Assembly (NCBI GenBank): GCA_046595075.1
Contig: JBKJPT010000164.1
Coordinates: forward strand, 4,216 to 68,215
Length of the DNA stretch: 64,000 nucleotides
Source of the DNA: Flavobacteriales bacterium
Lineage (GTDB): Bacteria > Bacteroidota > Bacteroidia > Flavobacteriales_F > PHOS-HE28
Direction of reading: 5' to 3'
Position numbers and translations under genes: made by a program. Positions 49,475 through 59,630 of the stretch are shown here, in pieces. The stretch's first letter is position 1. Each line of letters opens with the position of its first letter. Below the pieces are notes generated by a model. It had not been told where the DNA came from. It did no database searches and saw only the letters and a program-made list of their open reading frames with translations.

Positions 49475-50794
49475 ATGCGCACGCAGATCGCTTTCCGCTC
49501 GATCATCATCGGCCTGGTGTTCGGGTTGCTGTCGATCGCCTGCATGAGCCAGGCCCGGTTGGTGATCAATAACAACGCATGGGTGCGCATCGACAACGGC
49601 GCATGGGTGGTGTTGGAGAACCCCGCGAACATCGCGTTGCAAACTCTTGGCACCGGTGGCAACATCCGCAGCGAAGGTGAATTCAACCGCATACGCTGGC
49701 AGATCCGCAACAGCACGGGAGTGTACATAGTGCCATACACCACGTCCAACGGGGTTAAGATGCCTTTCACATATGAAGTGACCGCAGCCGGCAGCAACGA
49801 TGCTACTGCTTCCATCGCCTTCAGAACCTTCAATTACGGCGCCGTGGGGCCGAACAACTGGGACAACGATACGTACCGCCCCGGTGATGTCACCCACATG
49901 AACAATTACTATTTGGGCGCCGCCCTGCCCAACTCAGACAATGTGGTGGACCGCTTCTGGGAAGTTGATCCGGGCGTCAACGGTTACGCTTACACGAGCA
50001 AACCCACGATCCGACTGGGCTTCACCTACGACCCTGGTGCAGCCACCGGTGATGTGCGCACGGGCAATGCGATCACCGGAGCCAGCGTGGTCGGCGCACA
50101 ACGCTTCAACTCACCGGTGGACCAGTGGGGCGATTTCTTCCCTGCGGGCGTCTGGGCAGCAGGAGCGGTGAACAGTGTGACCAATGTGGACGTCGTGCCC
50201 GCGCACTTCTTCCGCTCGTGGACCTTGAGCAACATTCTGGAGCCGCTACCCGTGGAACTCGTCCGCTTCGATGCGCAATGCAACAATGGTGAAGTGCTCA
50301 TCTCGTGGTCCACTGCAAGCGAAACCGGATCGCAGCACTTTGATGTGCAGCGCAGTGCTGATGGCATAGGTTTCGAGACGCTCGGCGAAGTGGCCGCTGC
50401 GGGCTTCAGCCAGAGCATGATCGATTACAGCTACGTGGATGACAGACCCTATTCCACAGGTTACTATCGCATAGTGGAAGTGGACATCGATGGCACGCAG
50501 CAGGAAGGTCCGATCGCTGCCACCGGTTGTGACAAGACCGGCGAGACGCACATTGTTACCGCATGGGATGGTGGCGACGACCTGAACGTGCTGGTCGAGG
50601 CGGCTGGCGATCAAGTGCATCTGGTGCGCCTCTACGATGCCACAGGTAAGGAAGTGTGGAACGCTGCGAAGGTTCCGCTTACCGAAGGGCAGAATACACT
50701 GACGATACCGACGTCTTCGTTGGCCTTCGGCATGTACACCGTGCGCTTCGATGGACCCGAAGGCCCGATGGCGCGGCCTGTGGTCCTACACTGA
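49475..50794 (+). CDS. hypothetical secreted protein with a T9SS-type C-terminal domain
   Basis: Signal peptide MRTQIAFRSIIIGLVFGLLSIACMSQA. 439 aa. C-terminus ...NTLTIPTSSLAFGMYTVRFDGPEGPMARPVVLH is CTD-like. Divergent from pabB. Confidence 0.55.
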   Translation: MRTQIAFRSIIIGLVFGLLSIACMSQARLVINNNAWVRIDNGAWVVLENPANIALQTLGTGGNIRSEGEFNRIRWQIRNSTGVYIVPYTTSNGVKMPFTYEVTAAGSNDATASIAFRTFNYGAVGPNNWDNDTYRPGDVTHMNNYYLGAALPNSDNVVDRFWEVDPGVNGYAYTSKPTIRLGFTYDPGAATGDVRTGNAITGASVVGAQRFNSPVDQWGDFFPAGVWAAGAVNSVTNVDVVPAHFFRSWTLSNILEPLPVELVRFDAQCNNGEVLISWSTASETGSQHFDVQRSADGIGFETLGEVAAAGFSQSMIDYSYVDDRPYSTGYYRIVEVDIDGTQQEGPIAATGCDKTGETHIVTAWDGGDDLNVLVEAAGDQVHLVRLYDATGKEVWNAAKVPLTEGQNTLTIPTSSLAFGMYTVRFDGPEGPMARPVVLH

Positions 50795-52453
50795 TCCGCC
50801 TTGCCGGATCCTGCGCACGAGTGCGATCACGAAGAAGATGCATGCTGTGAACACGGAAATCGGTCCGATGAGATCGCCGTGCTGCACGAAGAAGGTGATC
50901 TCCGTGTTCTGCTGAACGGAGTACCGCCGTGCATCGGGGGTCCACCACGTGGTGGAACCATGGATCACGCCCCGTTGATCGATCATGCAGGAGATCCCGG
51001 TGTTCGCTGAACGAACCACATCGCGTCGCGTTTCGATCGCACGCAATGGGGCGAAGGCCAGGTGCTGACGATAGCCTGGTGAATCGTCCCACCAACCATC
51101 GTTCGTCATGATCGCAATGAGGGTGGCGCCGTTGCGTATATGGGCAGCCACGTGCTCACCGAACACCGACTCGTAGCAGATCACTGGCGCAACGGCTAGA
51201 CCGGAGCTCCCATCGCGCAGCACCGAACGTTCCTCCTGTTGGCCCAGACTGCCGGTGGTACCGCCGAGATCCACTGAAAGATCACCAAGCACACCTAGGA
51301 CTTCCTCGTAGGGCACGAGCTCCGGGCCCGCCACGAGCTTCGACTTGTGGTAGCTCACGATCGCGCCCTTCGCTGGCATCCACAGTGCAGCGTTGTACGC
51401 CTCGTACCAATGCTGCCCATCGCCGAGCGGTCGAGCAGTGGAAGGGAGTTCGCCACCGCGGAACCACCGATCGCTGCTCATACCGCACAGCACGGCCGCA
51501 TGTGGATAAAGCTGCTGGAACCGGCGGAACCGCTGCACGCTGCGCGAAATGTCTAGGTCGTTCTCCCACAAACCGTTGAAGAGCAACTCGCCGGATCGCA
51601 TGTCAACGGTTGCGGCTTCTTGTAAGGCCGTCTCCGGGAAAAGCACCAGCGTCGTGCTGTCCGTCATCTGGCCCTGGGCAAGTGTGAGCATGTACTCCAA
51701 TTGGTCCAATGGATCCATGCCGCCGAACTTGGCGTTGTACGGATCGATGTTCGGTTGCACGACCACCACCTCTACTGAACGATCGAGCCCAACGGGGTAG
51801 GAACCAAAGCGCCACTGGGAGATCAGGAACGGCAGTGCGAAGAGCAACGCTCCGATCGACGCGTGGACCATGGCCCGGCGGCGCATGCTGCTCCATGTGA
51901 TGATCCCGCGATCAACGCACCACGTGATCAACAACACCCAAAGCGATCCTCCAAGCACACCCGTGACCTCGTACCACTGCACCCACGCCGGATGTGTACC
52001 GAACACGTTCCCGATGGCGAACCACGGCCACTGGAGATCACCACTGTGCCGCAAGCATTCCCCCGAGAGCCAGAAGAAGACCAAGGCGATCATGGAAACC
52101 TTCGCTCCATACACGCGATGCACATTACGCTTCAACCACCAAGGCACAACCATCATCAGCGTTCCGATGATGACCGGCGCACCTACGCTGATGAGCTTTG
52201 TTCCCAGCGGCTCGCTCACGCACCAGAACCACCATGCGCACGACGCGTTCCAGATGAATAGCGCGGGCAACGTATAAGGCACGAAAGCGCGCTGACGATC
52301 AGCGGTGCGTGCATCGTGCAATCGCTCAGCGTGGAGCAGCGGCAGCCAGGCCACGAAGGCCAACCACGTGATGCCGCCAATGGCAGGCCACGAAAGCGCC
52401 CATAGAACGCCGCTAAGCGTTGACCACAGGAGGATGCGAAGTCGGGAAGGCAT
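50786..52453 (-). CDS. lnt: apolipoprotein N-acyltransferase
   Basis: 555 aa. N-terminal multi-TM region and C-terminal CN-hydrolase domain (...LVLFPETALQ..., ...ICYESVFGEH...). Confidence 0.8.
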   Translation of the reverse strand: MPSRLRILLWSTLSGVLWALSWPAIGGITWLAFVAWLPLLHAERLHDARTADRQRAFVPYTLPALFIWNASCAWWFWCVSEPLGTKLISVGAPVIIGTLMMVVPWWLKRNVHRVYGAKVSMIALVFFWLSGECLRHSGDLQWPWFAIGNVFGTHPAWVQWYEVTGVLGGSLWVLLITWCVDRGIITWSSMRRRAMVHASIGALLFALPFLISQWRFGSYPVGLDRSVEVVVVQPNIDPYNAKFGGMDPLDQLEYMLTLAQGQMTDSTTLVLFPETALQEAATVDMRSGELLFNGLWENDLDISRSVQRFRRFQQLYPHAAVLCGMSSDRWFRGGELPSTARPLGDGQHWYEAYNAALWMPAKGAIVSYHKSKLVAGPELVPYEEVLGVLGDLSVDLGGTTGSLGQQEERSVLRDGSSGLAVAPVICYESVFGEHVAAHIRNGATLIAIMTNDGWWDDSPGYRQHLAFAPLRAIETRRDVVRSANTGISCMIDQRGVIHGSTTWWTPDARRYSVQQNTEITFFVQHGDLIGPISVFTACIFFVIALVRRIRQGGSV

Positions 52454-52473
52454 CAGCGCGGACGAAAGTACCG

Positions 52474-55400
52474 TCAGCGCATGAGGTACATCTTGCCGAA
52501 TCCCTTGCTGAAGTATTGTGATGCGTCGGTCTCGCGCACTTCGATCTCATCTCCGTTCAGGCGTGCGATCACGCGGTAGAGGTACACGCCTCGCGCCAGT
52601 CGGTCGCCGAATTCATCGGTTCCGTCCCAGGCGTACTCGGTGATATTGCGTCCTACACGCAAGGGGCCGAGTTCGTGCGTCTTTACCTCGCGTACCACGC
52701 GGCCGGTGACGGTGAGGATCTGGATTCGCATGTCGCTCGGGGGCTCGGTGCCTGTGATGGTGAACACGAAGCGCGTACTTGTGGTGAACGGGTTGGGGTA
52801 GTTGAGCACATCGGTGATCGTGCTTCGGTTGATCACCTCGAAGCATACCTTGTAATCGTTGTCGCCACTGAGGTTGCTACTGAGATCGCTCGCCTGCACC
52901 ACCATGCAGTACGTGCCATCGGCGGTGAAATTTGGCCGGTAGTGGATGCGCGCGATGTTCTCCGGACCACCGGCAGGGATGAACTGCAGCACTTCGATCC
53001 CGGCTTGGCGGAAGTACACCCGTTCACCTACGGAAAGCCCGGGACTGATCAGGAAGACCTTGAACTGTGCGGTATCCTGGGGCGAATCGAAGAGGCGGAT
53101 GGTGTTCTCGTCGTCGAGGCTGATCTGGATCTCCGGCCGCGCGGAGACGATGTCTCCATCGAGGATGTGCACACCATCGAAGGTGATATCGAGGATCGGA
53201 TTCTCGATGTCCTGATCAACGGTGAACTGCCATTGGGCGATGTTGTTGTAGTGGTATTGCTCCAACTGATGATAGAGTCCGGTGATGGTATCGATCGGGT
53301 TCGCTTCGATGATGAGCGTGTTGAGGCCGCCGAAACCGAGCGTACTGAAATGCACGGTGTCCATCACCCATTCACCAGCGGGCAAAGGCACGTTCACCTC
53401 GTAGTGCACCAGCGTTCGAGTATTGTTGGCGTTCACTACCCACGCAGCGATGAGCAAACTGTCCATGTCGAACTCGCTGATGTTCTGCACCGCTACGGCA
53501 ACGGAAGCATCCTGCGCTTCGGACCAGCCGTTCAATCCGTTGAAAAGGCCCAGCGGCGGGTTGATCGCGCACTCGGGAACGGGGCTGCTCAATAGGTGCC
53601 AGCGGCTCAGTTGCGATGGCTTCGTATCCACGGGATCGCCGTCCTTGAAGTCACCTTTCAACCGCAGGACGGGATATTGTTGCGCGCTGACCAGCGAACC
53701 GAAGTTGGGCATGGAATCCTGCGCGCTGGGCAAGGACATCAGTTCGATCTCGCCACCGGGTGTAACACCGAATACCTTGATGGTGGTGGTGTCCAGCGCA
53801 TCGCTCGGGTGCTCGTCGAAATAGAGCGTATGCCATGCGGTTGCAGGCCCTGCATCGGCTGCGGTGATCCGCCCTTGCGAGATGGCCGTGGGTACTTCCA
53901 CAGCAAGGTTGATGACGTCCGAGATGGCAGTGCCCACCGCTTCTTGAAAGGTGCCGGCCACGCCCTTCTGCACGTAGAATATGTAGGGGACGCTGTCGGG
54001 TAGCGCATCGAAATCGAGACCGGGTATGAGCGCCTCTAGTTCGTTCATGAAGGTTGGCGCATTCGCTTCCATGCCATCCTTGTCCAAATACAACCACGTG
54101 AAGAAGATCAGGTGAGTACCATCGGGCACGGCGTTCACCATGGTCTGCACACCGGCGAGTTCGGTGGCGTTGTTCATTGCAAAATGGAAGGTGAGCTCCA
54201 CGCGCTCACGACACGCAGGTCCGTTATTTCCGTTGCCGAACTGATGATCGGCGTTGTACCAGTTGCCGGCATTGTCCTGCCCGTAGGTGCCCCACGGGTC
54301 GAAGGTGGCCGGATCCACGGCAGCGACATACCATGACGCGGGTCCGCAGCCGCCATAGTCCTGCGGGTCCAGTTCGATCTTCCATTGGGTGTTCGGGCCA
54401 CCCATGTTGCCCTCTACTTGTGCGCTCAGGCTGCGCAGTCCCTGGTAGAAATCAAAGTCCCGCTCCGGTCTATCGTAGGTGATCCCTACATAGTCATCGC
54501 TCTTGAACTGGTAGTAGTGCGCCTGGCCCCAACCGCGTTTGCCGGTGATGTGCTGGAAAGAGCGCTCGTACCAGTTGTAATTGCCGTTGCCCGCCGAAGC
54601 ACTGTCGATACTGCACCGCCAGAAGAACACCACGCTGTCCTGTGTGCTGTTGATGTTGAAGATCGAAAGTGGCGTCCAGCTTACCACGCCGCCGGGAGCC
54701 TGGATCATCGTGCTCTCCATGATCGGACTGTTGAAGAGATCCGTGGTGTCGATCTGGAACACGTAGTTGCGCAAGGGCGCCAAAGGATCGCCGGTGCTTG
54801 CTTTCAGAATTGCGATATCGTCCGGCACCACGGCGAAATTGTACGGGTACACCGGCACTAGATCACCGCTGGTGATGAATAGCGTGGTGCTGGTGACGTT
54901 GTTGTACGCGTCATCCAGTTCATCCACCTGATCGGGTTCCAGGTCCACACGTACTTCGAACTGGTTCACGCCCTGCCCGCCGGTGAAGCCGAGCGTCGGC
55001 ACGCGGAAGTAGGCGGTGTCCGTGTAGTACACACTGTCCAGCACGGCGAAGTAGCTGATCGCGTTGCTGCCGAGTCCTGGATTGGTGCGCAACAGCTCGA
55101 TGTTGATGCCATCGTTGGTGGCCTTGCCCAAATTGCTCACCACCACGGCCACGGTGAAGCTGTCCACATCGGCGGTGACCGTCGCTGGATCGTAGTAGAT
55201 CTCATCCACTTGCACGGAGTAGTCGGGCAGCCCATGCGTGTTCAGGTTCAAGGTGGGATCGCCTTGCAGTGCAAAGGTTTGCGCTGCCCATTGCGTGAGC
55301 ACGGTGTAGCTGGACTGCGTGGCCATACCTGCGTGCTTCATGTGCTCGCCGATCCCGCGCCCATAGTTCAGCTGATCGAAGCTCTTGTAGAATTCCAACG

Positions 55401-57609
55401 TGTAATTGTACAGTGTGCTGATATATCCCACATCGATGGTGGCCATGAAGGCGATGGGCCCCGCATCCGGTTCAAGCACCCAATCCTCTCCCGCGCTCGC
55501 GCTGCCATTGAGGTGGATGTTGCCGATGTAGCATGAGTTGCCTATCACCATCGGATGTTTGCCGCCCCAATCGTAGTTCTCCGGCTCATCTATGGTGATA
55601 TCGAAGCTGCTGGCATAGGCGTGGGCGAAGAAGGTCATGAGCGTAACACCCTCATCCTCGATGTACTCGCGCACGCTATCGGCCAGCGCTTGTTCCAAAG
55701 GGCTTATGATGCCACCGGTCATTCGCGGGAAAAGCGCGGTGTTAGCGCCGAAGCTGGGTTGTTCTGCAACGGAAGCATATTGGTTCAGCAAGCTGGATAG
55801 CTGGAGCACCTCGTTCTCGGTTTGCCCGCCAGCGAAGTGCAATATGTTCTTCTGCCATAGCGCTGGGGCCTGGGTCTCGGTTGCCACCACCTTCTCCAGG
55901 TAGTCGAGAACCTCTTGGTTGTTGTTCGCGCTCAACCGACCCACGGGAATGTCCATGCGCCGATTGTCGAAGTTGAGCCCGGTGGTAAAGCACTGGTCGC
56001 AGCTCGGATAACCATAAGTGGGCACCAGCGTCCGCGCGTACGCGCCCCCGCCATCCGGCCGTATCGAAGGCAGATTGCTGAAGAAGGCCGACCATGAATT
56101 CACCGATTTGCCGATGAGGAAGAGCGCCTGCGGATCGGTGTTGGTACTGTCCAGCAGGAACTTGCACCACATGCGTATGGCCCCTGCGTTCTTCGGTACG
56201 CCGCCACCGAACTGATCATAGAGTTGATCCACGTCCACTAGCAGCGTGTTGTGCTGGTTGTCCGGTGAGTTCTGCCGGTAGTTGGCGTACTGTGCAGCCC
56301 CGTTCATCAGGCTTTCGTGCGTCACAATGAGCATCGCGGAGTCCACGTTCAGTTGCGTGAAATCGGTGAAGTAGCCCGTGCTGTTCACCGGCCGCAAGGA
56401 AGTGACAGGTATGATGCTCTCCTGTGCGAAGAGATAGAACTCGGTCTCCTCGCTACCCGCATCGGAAGGCATGACCACGTTCCATGCACCATTGTAGAAG
56501 GTGCAGGGGATCCTTCGCCATGTGCCCCCCCGTGAATACACCACCGGTGTGCCGGTGAAGGACGTGATCGCAAAGCGGAGCTGTAGCGATCCATCGTTGG
56601 GCATCCACATGCGCGCGGGCACCCCTTCGGCGAAGCTCGGCGTGCGCGCATATCGCACCTTCAGGTAGGTGGGTGCCTGCCAGTCCAGGTAATTGCCGAT
56701 GCCAGTCAGGTCATGCGGTCCACGGTAGCGGAACGGCGTATTGTAAGCCACATCGGTCGCTGGCATGTTGAAGGAGCGGTGGATCGCGGGCGTGCCAGCG
56801 AACACTGTATCAAAGGCCATGGTGGACAAACCCGCGCCATAGAAGAACTGCAGGTGGTGATCGTTGGCCCCACCGCCCTGACTGCTTTGTGTGGCGCTGC
56901 CCACGGTGACACGTGCAGGTGGCGCGTCCGCACCGGCATACGCACCGGGTGTGAACACCGTGAAATCCTGCTGCGTGATGTTTGCATCCGTACCGTTCGC
57001 GAAAATGGGCAACCCAGCAAAGCCTTCGCTCTCGATCATTAGACCTGGCGTGACCGTTACGCCGCCGCCCATGCCGGGATCGATCTTTCCTACGAAGAAG
57101 AAATCGCTCAACGTGCGCACGGCTTCGGTGATCGCGAAGGGCCGGGGAGCGTATAGGTCGAAATCGGTGTTGGAGTAGTCTACGATATGCTGCGCGGGAG
57201 CATTGGCATCCCAGGTGAGGAAGTAGCGAATGGTATCGTTGTAGAGACTGTAGTACGGGTTGGCGTTCGCCGCTGGGTATGGGAACTGGCGGCCATCGAT
57301 CCAGCCATCGTTCTTATCAGCTTGGAATTCGATGTAGTCACCTGTGTTGAACTCACCGTCGGCCTCGCCGCTCACGTATATGGGCACTTGCTGCTCTCGC
57401 CCGAAGAGCATGAAGTGCTGCGGATCCAACCCTTGCGGAAAACCCGACTGTGCTAGCGCCGCAGAATCGATGCGGTACACGCCACTCGCGTACACCTCGA
57501 ATTTCCAGTACTGCTTACCGAAGTCGATCCACTGGTTGCCGTAGGTCCACTGCGCACTGGCGGCGGAGGTGATCGACAAGAGGATCAACACGGATAGCAG
57601 TCTCTTCAT
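52474..57609 (-). CDS. porU: type IX secretion system C-terminal signal peptidase/sortase PorU (C25-peptidase family), unusually long
   Basis: Signal peptide MKRLLSVLILLSITSAASAQ. The N-terminal WIDFGKQYWKFEVYASGVYRIDSAAL matches my recollection of the PorU N-terminal domain (G.WYKF.V...GVYKID). It lies immediately next to porV with a 4-nt overlap. 1711 aa. The C-terminus is CTD-like (GVYLYRVIARLNGDEIEV...). Confidence 0.6.
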   Translation of the reverse strand: MKRLLSVLILLSITSAASAQWTYGNQWIDFGKQYWKFEVYASGVYRIDSAALAQSGFPQGLDPQHFMLFGREQQVPIYVSGEADGEFNTGDYIEFQADKNDGWIDGRQFPYPAANANPYYSLYNDTIRYFLTWDANAPAQHIVDYSNTDFDLYAPRPFAITEAVRTLSDFFFVGKIDPGMGGGVTVTPGLMIESEGFAGLPIFANGTDANITQQDFTVFTPGAYAGADAPPARVTVGSATQSSQGGGANDHHLQFFYGAGLSTMAFDTVFAGTPAIHRSFNMPATDVAYNTPFRYRGPHDLTGIGNYLDWQAPTYLKVRYARTPSFAEGVPARMWMPNDGSLQLRFAITSFTGTPVVYSRGGTWRRIPCTFYNGAWNVVMPSDAGSEETEFYLFAQESIIPVTSLRPVNSTGYFTDFTQLNVDSAMLIVTHESLMNGAAQYANYRQNSPDNQHNTLLVDVDQLYDQFGGGVPKNAGAIRMWCKFLLDSTNTDPQALFLIGKSVNSWSAFFSNLPSIRPDGGGAYARTLVPTYGYPSCDQCFTTGLNFDNRRMDIPVGRLSANNNQEVLDYLEKVVATETQAPALWQKNILHFAGGQTENEVLQLSSLLNQYASVAEQPSFGANTALFPRMTGGIISPLEQALADSVREYIEDEGVTLMTFFAHAYASSFDITIDEPENYDWGGKHPMVIGNSCYIGNIHLNGSASAGEDWVLEPDAGPIAFMATIDVGYISTLYNYTLEFYKSFDQLNYGRGIGEHMKHAGMATQSSYTVLTQWAAQTFALQGDPTLNLNTHGLPDYSVQVDEIYYDPATVTADVDSFTVAVVVSNLGKATNDGINIELLRTNPGLGSNAISYFAVLDSVYYTDTAYFRVPTLGFTGGQGVNQFEVRVDLEPDQVDELDDAYNNVTSTTLFITSGDLVPVYPYNFAVVPDDIAILKASTGDPLAPLRNYVFQIDTTDLFNSPIMESTMIQAPGGVVSWTPLSIFNINSTQDSVVFFWRCSIDSASAGNGNYNWYERSFQHITGKRGWGQAHYYQFKSDDYVGITYDRPERDFDFYQGLRSLSAQVEGNMGGPNTQWKIELDPQDYGGCGPASWYVAAVDPATFDPWGTYGQDNAGNWYNADHQFGNGNNGPACRERVELTFHFAMNNATELAGVQTMVNAVPDGTHLIFFTWLYLDKDGMEANAPTFMNELEALIPGLDFDALPDSVPYIFYVQKGVAGTFQEAVGTAISDVINLAVEVPTAISQGRITAADAGPATAWHTLYFDEHPSDALDTTTIKVFGVTPGGEIELMSLPSAQDSMPNFGSLVSAQQYPVLRLKGDFKDGDPVDTKPSQLSRWHLLSSPVPECAINPPLGLFNGLNGWSEAQDASVAVAVQNISEFDMDSLLIAAWVVNANNTRTLVHYEVNVPLPAGEWVMDTVHFSTLGFGGLNTLIIEANPIDTITGLYHQLEQYHYNNIAQWQFTVDQDIENPILDITFDGVHILDGDIVSARPEIQISLDDENTIRLFDSPQDTAQFKVFLISPGLSVGERVYFRQAGIEVLQFIPAGGPENIARIHYRPNFTADGTYCMVVQASDLSSNLSGDNDYKVCFEVINRSTITDVLNYPNPFTTSTRFVFTITGTEPPSDMRIQILTVTGRVVREVKTHELGPLRVGRNITEYAWDGTDEFGDRLARGVYLYRVIARLNGDEIEVRETDASQYFSKGFGKMYLMR

Positions 57610-58706
57610 GACGCGCTCTTCTTGAACAGATCGAACTTGAACGAGAAGATGTTGGAGTAGAGCGCCACGCTATTGTCACCGATATCGGTGAGCGCGTAAT
57701 CGAGCGTTACGCTCTTGATCTTCAACCCCAAGCCGATGTTGGGTTGCATGGCGAGCCGCTGCTCGCCGCTGATGTCCGATACGTACTGGAAGTAGCTGAT
57801 GCCGCCGCGCACGAAGACCACACCGGCGTAGCCCACCTCGATACCCACGCGCGGATCCACGCTCACGGCTTCGCTCTTGATCAAGGTATTGCGTTTGCCA
57901 TCGAAGGTGTTCTCCAGATCCACGGATGTGATCAAGCCGAACTTGGGGCCGAAGCGGAACTGCCGCGCGGCGCCGAGCATCAAACGGGGCAGTGTCACTT
58001 CCACGCTGTTCGACGGGATCTCGTTGCCCGTTTGTGCGAACACATCGACGGTGCGTTGATCCAGCGTGTAGCTCCATGCGTTGAACGTGCCGGTGACGTC
58101 TCGCACCACAGCGCCGAAGCGCCATTCGCCCCTGTCGTACTTCGCACCTGCATCGAGGCCGAAGCCCCACGCCTTGCCGAACTCGCCCACGCGCCGGTAG
58201 ATCACCTTCACGTTCCCGCCGACACTCAAGCCGGGTACGCTGAGCTTGCGGGCATAGCTGACAATGAAGGCTTGATCGGCGCTGCTGAAGGTGGTGATGC
58301 GGTCGTAGTCGATGTTGCCGCTGGGGTCGATCAGGTCGATCGTGTTCGGGATGTTATCAATACCGAAGCGCACGAAGGTGAAGCCGATCGTGCTCATGGA
58401 ATCGATCGGCTTGGCAAAGCCCACATAATCGTATTTGGCTATGCCCGCGAAGTACTCGCTGTGCATTACGCCCACCTGCAGGTCACCCTTTACACCCAGC
58501 AGACCGGCCGGGTTCCAGTAGCCGCTGGTGACATCACTTACGATGCCCGTGTAGGCGCTGCCCATACCGAGCGCACGCGCCCCCACGCCGATGGCGAGGA
58601 ACTCGTTGCTGTACTTGGGTGCGTCCTGTCCGGCGGCGTCCCATGCCACCATCATTCCCACGGCGATCACTGCGCTGCGCATTCCCTTCAGGCTCACGGT
58701 CTTCAT
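57606..58706 (-). CDS. porV: type IX secretion system outer-membrane shuttle protein PorV (LptO)
   Basis: FLAIGVGARALGMGSAYTGIVSDVTSGYWNPAGL is the characteristic PorV/PG27 N-terminal motif. About 365-388 aa beta-barrel. The start is ambiguous (58772, 58706 or 58682). Confidence 0.7.
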   Translation of the reverse strand: MKTVSLKGMRSAVIAVGMMVAWDAAGQDAPKYSNEFLAIGVGARALGMGSAYTGIVSDVTSGYWNPAGLLGVKGDLQVGVMHSEYFAGIAKYDYVGFAKPIDSMSTIGFTFVRFGIDNIPNTIDLIDPSGNIDYDRITTFSSADQAFIVSYARKLSVPGLSVGGNVKVIYRRVGEFGKAWGFGLDAGAKYDRGEWRFGAVVRDVTGTFNAWSYTLDQRTVDVFAQTGNEIPSNSVEVTLPRLMLGAARQFRFGPKFGLITSVDLENTFDGKRNTLIKSEAVSVDPRVGIEVGYAGVVFVRGGISYFQYVSDISGEQRLAMQPNIGLGLKIKSVTLDYALTDIGDNSVALYSNIFSFKFDLFKKSAS

Positions 58707-58787
58707 TCGGTGTGTAGTTGACGCAGCTTCCAACGGTAGGTGGCCCCGATCATTGCCCCGAAATTTATCCAACTTCGGCCCGGCCCG

Positions 58788-59630
58788 ATGCGCTTGCCCC
58801 GAATTCCAGACCTGCTCACCACGGCGAACCTATCCTGCGGGGTCGTTTCCATCCTTCTAGCCTCCCAAGGACAGCTAACACTGGCGTGTTGGCTGGTGTT
58901 CGCCGGGGCGGCCTTTGATGTGCTGGACGGGTGGGCCGCCCGTGCCTTGGGAGGGGGTAGCGAATTCGGCAAACAACTGGATAGCCTGGCCGATATGGTG
59001 ACCTTCGGGGTGGCGCCTGGTATGATCGCTTATGTGATAGGTCTTGATCTACACTTGAATCATTTCGAAATATTATCGGCTTTCCCATATATCAATACCA
59101 GCGGTGGCAGTATGGGTGCCATTATGGGAGTTGAAGGCGACTTGATGACCAAACTTCTGCACCTGGCCCCCCCTGTTATCATTGCATGCAGTTCTTGCTG
59201 GCGATTGGCGAAGTTCAACTTAGACCAACGGCAGTCTTCAGGGTTCTTGGGCATGCCCACACCAGCCAATTCACTTTTTTGGGCATCCATCGGACTTGGA
59301 CTGGCTTCCGGGTCGAATGGTCTATTGCAAGACCAGGGCGTTGTCCTATTGTGGCTATACGCGCTTGTGCTCACCTATCCCATCTGGACAATTGTCCTGA
59401 CATTGTTTTTGGGATTTCTAATGCTCAGTGATCTTCCTCTCCCTTCCCTCAAGTTCAAGCACATGCATTGGAAGGGTAATGAGGTGATCTACTTGTTGCT
59501 CAGCATCGGGTTGGTGCTGATCGTTCTCTATGGCATCCTCGCTGTTCCGCTGATCCTACTTTTGTACCTGCTCAGCCCGCTCTGGGGCAGAATACTTCAC
59601 CACAGAGGCACAGTGAGCACAGAGAAATGA
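58788..59630 (+). CDS. pssA: CDP-alcohol phosphatidyltransferase (CDP-diacylglycerol--serine O-phosphatidyltransferase-like)
   Basis: FDVLDGWAARALGGGSEFGKQLDSLADMVTFGVAP carries the CDP-OH transferase D-G-x2-AR...G...D-x3-D signature. Membrane protein. Start at 58788. Confidence 0.75.
   Translation: MRLPRIPDLLTTANLSCGVVSILLASQGQLTLACWLVFAGAAFDVLDGWAARALGGGSEFGKQLDSLADMVTFGVAPGMIAYVIGLDLHLNHFEILSAFPYINTSGGSMGAIMGVEGDLMTKLLHLAPPVIIACSSCWRLAKFNLDQRQSSGFLGMPTPANSLFWASIGLGLASGSNGLLQDQGVVLLWLYALVLTYPIWTIVLTLFLGFLMLSDLPLPSLKFKHMHWKGNEVIYLLLSIGLVLIVLYGILAVPLILLLYLLSPLWGRILHHRGTVSTEK

Noticed and set aside
49364-49897. N-terminal 170 residues of the 588-aa pabB ORF
   Set aside because: Arg/Gly-rich and unlike any chorismate-binding-enzyme N-domain. 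It would overlap the divergent promoter of 49475..50794. I truncated it to the M at 49363.
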